A DNA stretch of 63,289 bases, filler included, from Olpidium bornovanus S191 (taxonomy: Eukaryota; Fungi; Olpidiomycota), in assembly GCA_017911155.1 (NCBI GenBank). It is 26 parts of 26 records of this genome, joined end to end, with 100 filler letters (N's around TTAATTAATTAA, not from the genome) between each part and the next. Parts side by side here need not be neighbours in the genome. Positions count along the whole stretch, not along the records: positions 44,787 to 47,806 come from JAEFCI010006890.1; positions 47,907 to 51,142 come from JAEFCI010002997.1; positions 51,243 to 55,139 come from JAEFCI010005055.1; positions 55,240 to 56,707 come from JAEFCI010008678.1; positions 56,808 to 58,456 come from JAEFCI010007203.1; 21 more parts are not named here. The stretch is one strand, 5' to 3'. A program made the translations under genes and the position numbers. Positions 47,612 to 58,087 of the stretch are shown here, one piece after another. A model generated the notes under the pieces. It did not search any database and was not told where the DNA came from. It worked only from the letters and a program-made list of their open reading frames with translations. The first letter of the stretch is position 1, and each line of letters starts with the position of its first letter.

Positions 47612-47906
47612 ACATGAATCCAGCCGAACGCCACCGTTCGCGAACGCGGCAGCACGCGCAGCTGTGCGCCTTTCCCTCTGTCCGCCGCGCCCGCCGGTTT
47701 TCGTCCGTCGCGTTCGGATCAGCCGGGATCGGCGACCCTGCGGATCGCAACAGAAGACCCAGTCCTGCCACGCCCAGCCTCTGCCTCTTTCTCTTTCACA
47801 AACACANNNNNNNNNNNNNNNNNNNNNNNNNNNNNNNNNNNNNNNNNNNNTTAATTAATTAANNNNNNNNNNNNNNNNNNNNNNNNNNNNNNNNNNNNNN
47901 NNNNNN

Positions 47907-48526
47907 CATGAAATACCGACTGTCAGCGGGAACAAATCTGCGGACCACGCTTCGAACGGGATTACCGACCTCCGGCGCCAAACGCTTTGTTCAGGATCCG
48001 ACGGTACCTGATCTCTGGGAGGTAGGGAACCGGCGGCACTGGGACACCAGGGGAAAAATTAGTTCGCTCGCAAATCCGCCGGCCAGTTTTGCGTTGGGCA
48101 ATATACACCATGCGCACACTACACCAAAATCTTACGTCCTTTGCCTGTAGGCTTAGCAGCCACGGCATCGAAAGTCAACGGCGCATGCAATAAGGTGGTC
48201 ACTTCTGGCGAGAAGGGTAGGCAAGACAACCTTTCCACTGTCTTCTCGCAGATGGAACCGGTAGCGTGGGCATCCAAGATCTGCACGTCCTGGGCCTGCT
48301 CGTCTTCCTCGTACGCGTCTTGGTTGTGTGCGTCTTGCGCGTGCGCGTCTGGCGTCCCCGCGTCCTGTTCTTGCCGGTCTTGCATCTGCGCGTCCTTCTT
48401 CCGCGCGAGGTCTCCCGGCTGAGCGGAGGGCACGAAAGCAGAACGGGCGTTGCTCGGTGGGTGGCGCTGCTGGTAGCGCTGCTGGTAACGCGTTGTCTGG
48501 ATCTCAGACCAGGTCGGCCTCGTCAC
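47907..48526 (-). mobile_element. Possible degenerate copia linker and RT N-terminus
   Basis: D/A/Q-rich linker, then PLTFDAVAAKP and GKGRKILV / MVYIAQRKTGRRICER in shifted frames, loosely like EP.TF.EA..P and P.GRK.I.CKWVYK. Weak similarity. Confidence 0.3.
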
Positions 48527-48949
48527 ACCCGCCGGAGAGGATTCGTCGTCGTTGGCAGGCTTTGCCGCGCGCGCGCACGGTCGTCAGTGCCCAAGTGAAG
48601 CAGTCGGTCGTCAGGAGGGAGCCGGCGAAACACTCACCGCGACATTGCGGCGGGGGCCGGCCGACAGAGCGGACGGCCGAGAGGAGAAAAGTCGGACGCC
48701 GAGCAGGACGCGGGCGCGGGCGTGAGGCTGACGAAAAAGTAGCATGTTGTCGGCCGAGAGCCGATCAGAGACACGCGACTTGGAGATTTGCTTGCCGAGT
48801 CGTGGCCGGGAGGGTTGGTCGCCTTTTCGCACGGGTGAGAGGGAGGGCGACTGGGGAAGCACACGACAGTAACAAAAAGTTTGACGGGCAGCCAACCGCC
48901 AGGTTCCTTTGTTTCTGAGCACCCGTGTCTAAGAATGACCTGCCCGTCC

Positions 48950-49400
48950 GAGAGACGGTTGCCAGAGGTTCCTGGCAGTCAAGCGTGTCGTGAGCATTTC
49001 GGCGATGTGTCATAATTATTGTGCGCCTTCAATACGCAGCTCCATAATTGTCAATATGGAACGCAGTTGGCTTCAGATCACGAACAACATCAGGGTTAAT
49101 ATTACTCAACCATACGAGTTCTTTCATTGAGGCTCCCGTCATTTCTGCATCTGTAAAAAAACCAGAGTTGAGAATGCGTTGGTGCTTGCCTAATCTGCGA
49201 GTGACTGGTGAACCTCCATGCATGATCGCATAAACTGAAACGGAACGGGAGTCATAAAGTATGGTGTTGATATAGGGTACTTGATTTAGGTGAAGACCAC
49301 CATTGTCACCTGCACATAAAAGATTCCACGGTAAATTTGGACACACTTCTTCAGCAAATGTGACTTTAAGCTTTCAGAGCCAAGAAGGATAAGTCAAGAT
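48950..49400 (-). mobile_element. Ty1/copia RNase H remnant (copy A)
   Basis: DSRSVSVYAIMHGGSPV..KHQRI..TDAE..MKELVWL..KPTAFHIDNYGA*..HRRNAH follows the copia order RRSTSGY..GG..KQ..EAE..KEAIWL..PT.IY.DN.GA..H.RTKH. Contains an in-frame stop. Confidence 0.7.
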
Positions 49401-49539
49401 TTCTGGTTACACTATCGTCAGCCCATCTCGTAAGAAAGAACTAAAATCGAGGACAAAAAAAAATCAGGATCTGATTTACGACATGTCTGCAGGGTTTTCA
49501 CTTCAGCTGGAAAGTCTGTCCGGCCGTCATTGCAATGAA

Positions 49540-50130
49540 ACGAACAAATCTGACAGAAGCGTGTGCGGTTTGTTCGTCAGCCGTGTTGAACACTGTCGGC
49601 ACGTGCTTGACATTGATAACGCGGGCAGAAACGCCAGTCAGTCAAAGCGCACGTGGTCATTGGTGTGTTTGTCCGCTGACTTCTCCGTCCGCTAGTAGAG
49701 GTACCTGCATTATCGACGTAAAGTTGGATGGGTTTGCCTTCATACCGAGCTCTTTTAACGGTCAAGCCATCCACGTCGCGTCTCGAGCAGTGTCCAGTGT
49801 GGCGAGGATTCCGCATCTGTCGATGCCAGCACCGTGCGCTGCATCGCGCCTTCTCAGAACACAGCGCTGACCGGCCAACAGGTGAGTGTTTCTCGTTTGC
49901 GGCTTACGTTCCTTAAAACTACTAACCAAGTTTGAACTCCCGAATCCTTGCAGGTCCAGGACGATGCGGCCAGCGTATGACCGTCATGCATTAGCAGGTA
50001 AACGATCGATGTCCGTGAAGTAGCTGTGCTTGCTTGTGCCCTTGAGGTAGCACAACGCACGCCTCGCACGTGTGTAATGCACGGAAAAAGGGAATTGTGA
50101 ACTATGCCAGTCGGGGTGCGGGCGACGAGA
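49540..50130 (-). mobile_element. Ty1/copia RT C-terminus and RNase H remnant (copy B), frameshifted
   Basis: HYTRARRALCYLKGTSKH; TSRTSIVYLLMHDG..SWTCK; KPIQLYVDNAG; SQRTN; VINVKHVPTVFNTAD in shifting frames. Confidence 0.75.
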
Positions 50131-51062
50131 TGTCAAGCCACGGAGAAAGAGGAAGGGCTGTCGCGGCCGTTTCCCCACCCCTCCTCCTCCCGCCCTAATA
50201 TGGCGGCGTCAGCAGCATCGAGTTCCTCCACGCATCGATCTCAGCGGTTACGCGGATGCGCGGCATGATAAGCGCAAATTCCGCCGACACCGTGCGCAGC
50301 GGGAGCGTCGGTGACTCAGACTGCGATGTCGAGGGGATACGAAAACGCATCGGACGGTTACGCGCTTGGCGATGGAACTCTCCAATTGAAACCAAGAGCG
50401 GCTGCGGCTGCGAACAAATGCCGACTGACGCGGTTGGCCATCCGTGGATAATGTTAATGGATAATGGATAATCACTTTCTATCAATGAAAGCGGTTGCAT
50501 CGGTGACAGTGGTTCCATTGATACCGGTGATTCTTTTTGTTGGTGGCTTTTCCTACGATGGTGGTGTTCTCATCAATGACGGCGGGTCCCACTGGTTATG
50601 TAAACACGCCATCAACGATGGGCGGGCAAGCGACAAAACTATTTGGTGCGACTACACCCCATTGAAATGTGGTAAATCTGGGTAACTCCTAGAAGCTGGA
50701 TAATGCGCGAAGATTTCAAGCAGGGTTCTGGCCAGCTTCATTAACTGCTAAGGCATATGGCATTTCGCGACATTGGGCTTCTTGGAACCACTTTCGCCTC
50801 GAGTGTTGGTCCTCTGCTTGGCATCAATAATTACAGCCAAACAACGGGGTTTGGACGTAGGCTGCCAAATGGTGCGACCAGATGGGCGTCTACAGCCGGT
50901 TGTTCGATGTCAACGACATCCACTTGCAGGTATCTCTTGCCACAATGGACAAGCTACCCGTCAGCTCCTTAAATTGACCGAAATGGCTCAAGTTCTGTTT
51001 CCCAGTGTTGCTCCTTTTCCAGAAAATGCCTCGCTTTTCCTCGGCGCCGCCCCCCCCCCCCC

Positions 51063-51129
<67 letters not shown>

Positions 51130-51774
51130 CCCCCGCGCCCGCNNNNNNNNNNNNNNNNNNNNNNNNNNNNNNNNNNNNNNNNNNNNTTAATTAATTAANN
51201 NNNNNNNNNNNNNNNNNNNNNNNNNNNNNNNNNNNNNNNNNNAGATCTATGGACAAACGAGAGAACGGGGCGGGGCGGCCCGTATGAAGCCAGGAAAGAT
51301 AAAGTAAGTTTTCTCGGGTTTAGCGTTCGTCAGAGAAAAATTTTTTTTTTCGCATCCAACATGATTTTCTCCTTGATAAACGTTGCGACCGGGACCGCAC
51401 GGCCTTCCCTCGCAAAAAAAAAAACCGATAAAAAGAAGAAAAGAAAATCTGGCCGCTCAAAGCGACCCCTGGCGTCCCAGCTTGCATACGCCAGACCAAC
51501 TCCGTCACCCGCCCCGCAGCGAAAGGGTTATTTCGGCTTAAAAAAAACCTCCCGCCTCACCCCACGCACGGGCCCCGTTCACCCGCCTTCCCCACATCTC
51601 ACAATATTATTTTTTTTTTCCGGCCTTGCATTCTTGCCCTAATAAAAAAAAAATAACCAAAAAAAAAAAAAAACCTCCCGGCGCCAGGCGAACGCCCTCC
51701 CGCCGGGCCTGATCTCCGCCCATCAGAACCAGGCGCGGCTCGCGACGGATTTCGACCTCGTCGGCAGGCCGCTG

Positions 51775-53961
51775 GTGTCGGCGCTGGCGCGGTTCGAAAC
51801 CCAGCTCGGCCGGATGTGCAAGCTCGAGGCCAAGCACCACGGGCTGACCAAGGCGATCTCCAGGCACCGGCTCGCGCTGGCGCAGACGCGGGTGCAGGCG
51901 GCGGCGGCGGCGGCGGCGGCGGGGGGGGCGGGGGCGGCTGCAGTGCCGCCGCGGGAGTTCGCGGCGACGGGGCCCGCCGCCCCCGCCGAGAAAGACGGCG
52001 GCGGCGCGAAGCCGCGGGTTTCCGCCTGGGCGGCGCGCGGCGACGACGACGGGCAGCAGCAGCAGCAGCAGCAGCAGCGGTGGAAGCGGCACTCGGACGC
52101 CGCCGCGAGGCTGGAAGAGAAGAGGCGGCAGGTCCGGTTGGAGTCGGACCGGCTCCGCGAGGAGCACTTTCCGGGGCTGCTGGAGCACGTAATGTGGGAG
52201 ACGCGGTGCGCGTGGCGGGGCTACAGGGACACGTGCTTCGGGATCGCAAGGGAGTACGTGCGGGCGGCGGCCGAGGCGGAGTGGTGCAGGTGTGAGGAGG
52301 ACCGGGAGGCCAGGCGGCCGACGGCGCCGGAGATGCCGTGCCGGCGGAGCCCGCGCGCCGACGAGCCCGAGGGCCCGAAGCGCGCTGCCGCGCCGCCGCG
52401 CCGCTTGTCCAAGTCGCGGACCGGGATCGGAGGCGCGGGATCCGAAGCGGGCGCGCGGCAGGCGCCGGTTTGGTGCGGGGGCGAAGTGGGGGGGGCGCTG
52501 AAGGAGGACGAGCGGGAGCCCAAGCGCCGGAGGGCGGCGCTGGAGGACTGGAGCGCGGCGCTCGCGGCGTGCGGCGACTGCGCCGCGGCGACGCTGGAAG
52601 ACGAGTCGTCTTTCGCCCGCGTCGTCGCGGCGTACGTCTGCCAGGTGCAGGGCCTGACGGAAGCGGGCGCGGCCGGCGGCGAAGACGAGCCCCCGCCGGG
52701 CGCGGGCGGCGGCGGGAACTTCGACGTGCTCGGCGGCGGGAGCTCCGACGCGCTCGGCGGCAGGGCGACGCCCAGGCATCCCGCCAGGGTCGCGCCGCTC
52801 CCGCTCCCGGCGCCGCGGCCGGGCCCCGCGTCCTGTCTCCTGCAGACGGTCCCGGTCCTGCTGGAGCACCGCAGGCGCCTGGCCGACTGCACGGGCGACG
52901 CCCGGCGTCTGCGGTGCGCGAGGGACACGCTGAGGAACTTCCGGCACCTCGTCTCCCGCGTGCGGGAGCGGGAGGAGGAGCTCAGGGCCGAGCGCAGGCG
53001 GATCCGGGACATGTCCGGCCCGGCGGCCGCCCCGCCGGGCGCGAAAGGGGACCCGTTCAAGCTCCGGCTGCTGCGGAGCCGGCTGGACATGTCCGTCTAC
53101 CACTGCGGCCGGCTGCAGGACGCGCTCCGCCGGCTGGTGACGGTGGAGGTCACCCGGGCCCTCTCCCAGTGCTGGACCCAGATCGCCCAGGTGGCGGCGG
53201 CGGAGGCGGAGCGCATGGAGCGCATCCTGGACCGCCAGGCGGAAACCGCCGCCGCCCGCGCGGCGGGCGGGACGCCCCGCGGCCGTCCCGCGCCGGCGCG
53301 CCAGGCTTGGGCCGAGGACGCGCCGCCGCTGCCCCCGCCGCCGCCCCCGCCGCCGGCGCGCGCGCACGAGAGCCGCGGAACGCCCCGCCCCGCCCCGCCG
53401 GCGCGCGGCCCGGAACGTCCCCCGGCGTACACCCTCGGGGCCGGCCGCGCGGCCGCCGGCGCGGCGGGGGGCGCCGTAGACCCGGAGGGCCGGCGGCGGC
53501 GGCGGAGCCCGAGCGTCTCCCTTTCCTCCTCCTCCTCCTCCTCCTGCGCCTCCTTTTCCACCGCCACCACCTCCTCCACCTCCGCCTCGCCTCCGCTTCC
53601 GTCACCGGCGTCGTCGCCGCCGCCGCCCCCCGCCGCCGAACGCTCCCCCGCGGGGCAGCGCGGTTTCGACGAGGACGGCTGGTCGCCGCCGAGCTCTCCG
53701 CTCCCCGTGCTCGAGGGCCCGGGGCTATTTCCCCCGCGCGTCCCGCCGCCGCCGCCGGGCGCCCTTTCGGGCCGCCCGCTCCCGCCGCCCGCCCCGTTCG
53801 GACACCCGACGCGCTCCGGCTGCTCCCGGAGCGCGAGGCGGGGCTCGGATCCGCGGCCGGACCCCTTCGGATACCCCGCGGCCGCGCCGCTGCGGGCCGT
53901 CGAATACGTTCCCGCAAAGCACGTAACGGTGGGGCGAGACCCGCAGCGGCTCCACCGGTGA
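51775..53961 (+). CDS. Coiled-coil protein with two BAR-like helical regions and a Pro/Ser-rich tail
   Basis: 728-aa intron-free open frame (open further upstream) with two amphipathic helical blocks separated by low-complexity linkers. Coding status is well supported; the BAR-like call is inference. Confidence 0.6.
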   Translation: MSALARFETQLGRMCKLEAKHHGLTKAISRHRLALAQTRVQAAAAAAAAGGAGAAAVPPREFAATGPAAPAEKDGGGAKPRVSAWAARGDDDGQQQQQQQQRWKRHSDAAARLEEKRRQVRLESDRLREEHFPGLLEHVMWETRCAWRGYRDTCFGIAREYVRAAAEAEWCRCEEDREARRPTAPEMPCRRSPRADEPEGPKRAAAPPRRLSKSRTGIGGAGSEAGARQAPVWCGGEVGGALKEDEREPKRRRAALEDWSAALAACGDCAAATLEDESSFARVVAAYVCQVQGLTEAGAAGGEDEPPPGAGGGGNFDVLGGGSSDALGGRATPRHPARVAPLPLPAPRPGPASCLLQTVPVLLEHRRRLADCTGDARRLRCARDTLRNFRHLVSRVREREEELRAERRRIRDMSGPAAAPPGAKGDPFKLRLLRSRLDMSVYHCGRLQDALRRLVTVEVTRALSQCWTQIAQVAAAEAERMERILDRQAETAAARAAGGTPRGRPAPARQAWAEDAPPLPPPPPPPPARAHESRGTPRPAPPARGPERPPAYTLGAGRAAAGAAGGAVDPEGRRRRRSPSVSLSSSSSSSCASFSTATTSSTSASPPLPSPASSPPPPPAAERSPAGQRGFDEDGWSPPSSPLPVLEGPGLFPPRVPPPPPGALSGRPLPPPAPFGHPTRSGCSRSARRGSDPRPDPFGYPAAAPLRAVEYVPAKHVTVGRDPQRLHR

Positions 53962-54611
53962 AACCTTTTCGGAAGCGCGCGTTTATTGGGACGGCGGTCG
54001 CGGGGGGGAGAGGGGGGGAAAGTCCCGTGCGGTCTGGGTGCCATTGCCGAGTTTTTTTCCCCTGCGGCTTTTGTTCCATCACTTTTTTTTTCGTTTTCGT
54101 TTTCGGTTTTTCTCTTTTTTTTTTCTTTTTCTTTTTTTGTTTGTTTTTTTTTTTTTTTTTTCCTCACGGACGAGTCATCAGAGCGGAGCGGCACCTCCGA
54201 CTTGCACTCGCGCCCGCGGCGCCCTTCTCTTAATTTTTTTTTATGATCCGCAAAAATCCACCGACTTGCCGAAACCGACGGCGCACAGCCCAACGGAGGC
54301 ATCCTCCCCCTTTGGGTGTAAAACGGCGGGAATAACAGGTTGAACCCGTCTCGGGGACGGAAGAGGGGAAGGGGGGAAGTGGGACAAGCACGCGCGGGGA
54401 TTCCCGCGGATCCGCGACGCCCCCGAGCAGACGAACGGTTTTTGTGCTCCTCGCCCAACGGTCCGCCGCGGGCGGCCCAGATGCCGAAAGATTCCTTCCC
54501 CGCAGGAAGTGTTTTTTTTTTTTGTAAAACGAAAAAAAAAGGAAGGGAAAAAGGTTTTTTTTTGTTTTTTTTTTTTTTTTTTTCGCTTTGTGGGGCCTCG
54601 CGCGTTTTTTG

Positions 54612-54803
54612 TCATGTCTCGGGGGAAGGACTTCCCGGGCTTGCCTCCGTGAGGATCTTGGAAACCTCCGCGTCGTCCGACACGTCGACGGGGGTGAACC
54701 CCTTGCCGTTCTTGACGGTCTTGTCGGCCCCGCGCGCGAGGAGCATCTGCGCGACTTCCTTGGAATCGAGGAAGACCGCCAGGTGGAGCGCCGTGTTTCC
54801 TTT
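54612..54803 (-). CDS. Terminal exon of an ankyrin-repeat protein
   Basis: cag|KGNTALHLAVFLDSKEVAQMLLARGADKTVKNGKGFTPVDVS..*, a canonical G.T.LH.A..LL..GAD...N..G.TP repeat. Confidence 0.85.
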   Translation of the reverse strand, partial: KGNTALHLAVFLDSKEVAQMLLARGADKTVKNGKGFTPVDVSDDAEVSKILTEASPGSPSPET

Positions 54804-55072
54804 CTGCAAAACCGGCAACCCGCGTTTCGCGGGGACAGGGGAGCGAGCGGGCGGGCGGCGGGGCGGGGGGGGGGGAAGCCGCAGAAAAGGGCCTCGCCCC
54901 GTCGGAGAGGAAAGGGGGGGGGAGGCGTAAGAGAGATCAGAGGGCGGGTACACCGCGGGGCGGTTGCTTCGAATTCCGAAACCTTTTTTGAGCTTTTTTT
55001 TTTTTTTCCCCTCCCGAAATCTCCGGCCCCCCCCCCCCTTACGCCGAACTGTATGTCAAGGTCTGAGGGCGG

Positions 55073-55106
<34 letters not shown>

Positions 55107-57215
55107 TTTTTTTTTTTTTTTTTGTGGGGGGGGGGGGGGNNNNNNNNNNNNNNNNNNNNNNNNNNNNNNNNNNNNNNNNNNNNTTAATTAATTAANNNNN
55201 NNNNNNNNNNNNNNNNNNNNNNNNNNNNNNNNNNNNNNNCATGGGCTAGAGCTGCCGCCGGATAGAAAATGGGGTTGGGGGGTAATGCTTATTAAGGAAG
55301 ATGGAATTTCCTGGTATCCCTTATCAGGCTGAAGGGTGCGGCGGAGTTCCGGGCCTTTTGGACTTTAACTTAACGTCTTCTTCTCCGGCCCCCTTCCCCT
55401 CCAAGCTCTGCCCGACTGTTTTGAAATCAGTGAGCTCAACTTCCTGCAGAGGGAGCTCCGCATTCGGCGAAAACGGCAGATGATGGAAGAGTCCGGAAAA
55501 CCGGACGACGACATCGAAGGACTAGGTAAGGACTCAACTTTCGTGCCAGACCGGTGCGGTGGACTGCTCTGCCTGCGGCTGGTCGTCACAACGAGACTTG
55601 GATCCTGACGCTCCCTGTCCGGCCCGCCAGATGTCGAACCGCCCTTTAAGCTGCCACCAATGTCGCTTCCTGCTCAGGGAATCATCGCGCCGCCTTTTGA
55701 ATAGACGGTTCCCGTGGACCATTTCGGATACTGACGAACTCTTCGGCAACGTATCCACCCCGTAATCAACGCATATTCCGACGATACATATCTATATAGA
55801 TATACAACGCATTTCACCGCATGTAACTTAAATAAAACAGTCAAGAATGCGTTCAGCTTCCCCTATTGTTTACGCTAGGCGCAGTGCCTGCTAATTCCTT
55901 CGCCAAATCTGCAAGAGGATGAGGGTCCAAGATATCTAGTATCGGGTTTCCTGCTGGTATCATGTATATGTGTTACAGGGCAGCCAGGCGGGAAAAAAAG
56001 ATGGGCGAAGGAAACGAGAACGACGGGTGATACGAGGGAGAACGGTATGCGGGGAAGTGTGAAGTGGGCCCAATAGTTGCGAATCTCAACGTGGAAACTG
56101 ACGGCTCTCCACCACGGGGGGCCGGAGAAGGAGGAAGCGGTGTTGAGCGTCGAGCAAAACGCGTCGAGACCTCGGGTTTCCGTGAGGTGTGCGTGGCAAA
56201 CGAAAAGGGACGTCAGAAACCCTTGTCTTCCCCCCCCCCCCAACACCCCTCCCACGGAGAATGCCAACCTCGAACGCGGCACACGTGGGGCGCGTGCAGA
56301 TGCGCGTTCGGCTCGGGAATCTCGGATGCCAAATGCGTGGTCGACGGGGAAAGTCCGCGTGTGCGCATCCGGAATCAAAGAAAGTGGTTGGGTTGGGGTG
56401 GGGTGGGTTCTTTGTGCAGAACACTTGTAAACAACAGCCGGATGACGCGAAAACAACCCCCCCGGAACCGCCCGTCCACGCGTGTGCGTCCGTCAAAAAA
56501 GTGAACGGGGGTTCTACGTGACGTACCCCTGACGCGGGGGAGAGTTAGAGGGAAAGGGGAGTGCGAGGGAAAATTACAGAGAGACAAAGAGGAGGGGGGA
56601 AGCGGGGAGTGGGGCGGGCGAGAAAGGGGAATAAGAGGGCGTTTTCGCCGGGGAAAAAGGGGGTTGTTTTTTTTTTCTGCCGGCGATCTTGAACAGCGCG
56701 GCGGGAGNNNNNNNNNNNNNNNNNNNNNNNNNNNNNNNNNNNNNNNNNNNNTTAATTAATTAANNNNNNNNNNNNNNNNNNNNNNNNNNNNNNNNNNNNN
56801 NNNNNNNAAACCCCCCCGCCTCCCCCCCCCCCCCCCCCCCCCCCGTCCCCCCCCACCCCCCCCGCTTCCTAGCACAACACACCAAAACAAACCTTCCTCC
56901 GAGACCGACCGTCTCGGAAACGAACCCACGTTATCACTCGGCCGTCACGGAACCCGCGTTCGACTTCTTGACCATAGCTCGCACGTACTTTAAAGGAACA
57001 CATTATCCCGAGTCACGTTTTTGCCTTCCCGCGCAACCGTTGCCTGCTTTCCAGGGGGCCTCTTTCCCCTCCCCCGCCCGCCCGGGCACGTCGAGGGCCA
57101 AGCACGCGCCGTTCAGTTCCACCACTGTCGGCTCTGTTCCTGCAAACATTTTTGGAATCCCCCAAGCTCCACGTTCTGTTGGCCAACAAGCGATACAGAA
57201 CCAACGCCGTGATAT

Positions 57216-57298
57216 GGGGAGATGGCCGAGTTGGTCTAAGGCGTCAGATTAAGGCTCTGATCTCTTCGGAGGCAAGGGTTCGAATCCCTTTCTCCTCA
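57216..57298 (+). tRNA. tRNA-Leu(AAG), type II
   Basis: Acceptor GGGGAGA/TCTCCTC, D-arm GCCGAGTTGGTCTAAGGC, anticodon arm TCAGA-TTAAGGC-TCTGA, long variable arm, T-arm AAGGG-TTCGAAT-CCCTT; oligo-T terminator at about 57312. Confidence 0.95.
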
Positions 57299-57707
57299 AA
57301 TCCATCCAATGTTTTTTTCCGGTTGTTTACTGTTTCTGCACCTCTTTTCTCCCCTGCCCCTTTTCGCCAATTCCTTTTTTTTTTTTGGTCACCGCGGCCT
57401 ACGCCGTACAGAGGACACCGGAGCTCCCCGGCTCCGGCTCCCGAGGGCACAGCGAGAGTCTCCCCCCCCCCCCCCCCCCCACGAATGCGCGCCGGTCGAT
57501 AGAAATTGCTGACCCCCGTGTGATGGCTGGGCCTGCCGAAATAAACAGCAAGAGGCGACGCCGCCGTTATGTCCGGTGGCCGCCGGAAAAACAGGAAAAA
57601 AAAAAAAAACCAAACAAACCGAAGCCCGGCCGCGGCCCCAAAAAACCCATCCGCCTGGGCGGGATCAAAGAAAATGAAAAAAAAAAATAAAAAAATAAAA
57701 AAATAAA

Positions 57708-57956
57708 AAAATAAAAATAAAGAAAGATGATGACGAAAAATGTACATTTTGTGGGCTACGGGGCCGTTTGCCGCCACCGGTTTCGACTGGGGCGGACGGG
57801 CAGGGGTGAGCGCAGTGGCAAGAAATGTCACAAAAAATAAAAATAAAGAAAGATGATGACAAAAAATGTACATTTTGTGGGCTACGGGGCCGTTTGCCGC
57901 CACCGGTTTCGACTGGGGCGGACGGGCAGGGGTGAGCGCAGTGTCAAGAAATGTCA
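57708..57956. repeat. 126-bp-period tandem duplication (2 copies, 2 substitutions)
   Basis: agaaagatgatgac..aagaaatgtca at 57721-57830 and 57847-57956. Differences: gacgaaaa/gacaaaaa and gtggcaag/gtgtcaag. Confidence 0.95.
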
Positions 57957-58015
57957 TCGAGCCTCCAACCAAACCGCACAAAAAATATTCAGAGAATTTC
58001 AAAATTTAGGAGCTA

Positions 58016-58087
58016 TGGCCTCTGCGAGAATTGAACTCGCGACCTTCGCTTTACTAGAGCGACGCTATGCCACTAAGCCAAGAGGCG
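58016..58087 (-). tRNA. tRNA-Thr(AGT), C1:C72 mismatch
   Basis: Anticodon arm TCGCT-CTAGTAA-AGCGA, variable AGGTC, T-arm GCGAG-TTCAATT-CTCGC, acceptor (C)GCCTCT/AGAGGC(C), discriminator A; T-run shortly downstream. Confidence 0.88.

Noticed and set aside
54005-54035. GGAAAGTCC resembling an RNase P/MRP conserved region
   Set aside because: Isolated 9-mer in a G-rich 3' flank; the other conserved regions are not visible.
56895-56920. 8-bp stem hairpin TCCGAGAC-N5-GTCTCGGA
   Set aside because: A single short hairpin is expected by chance in GC-rich DNA; no U-tract or other context.
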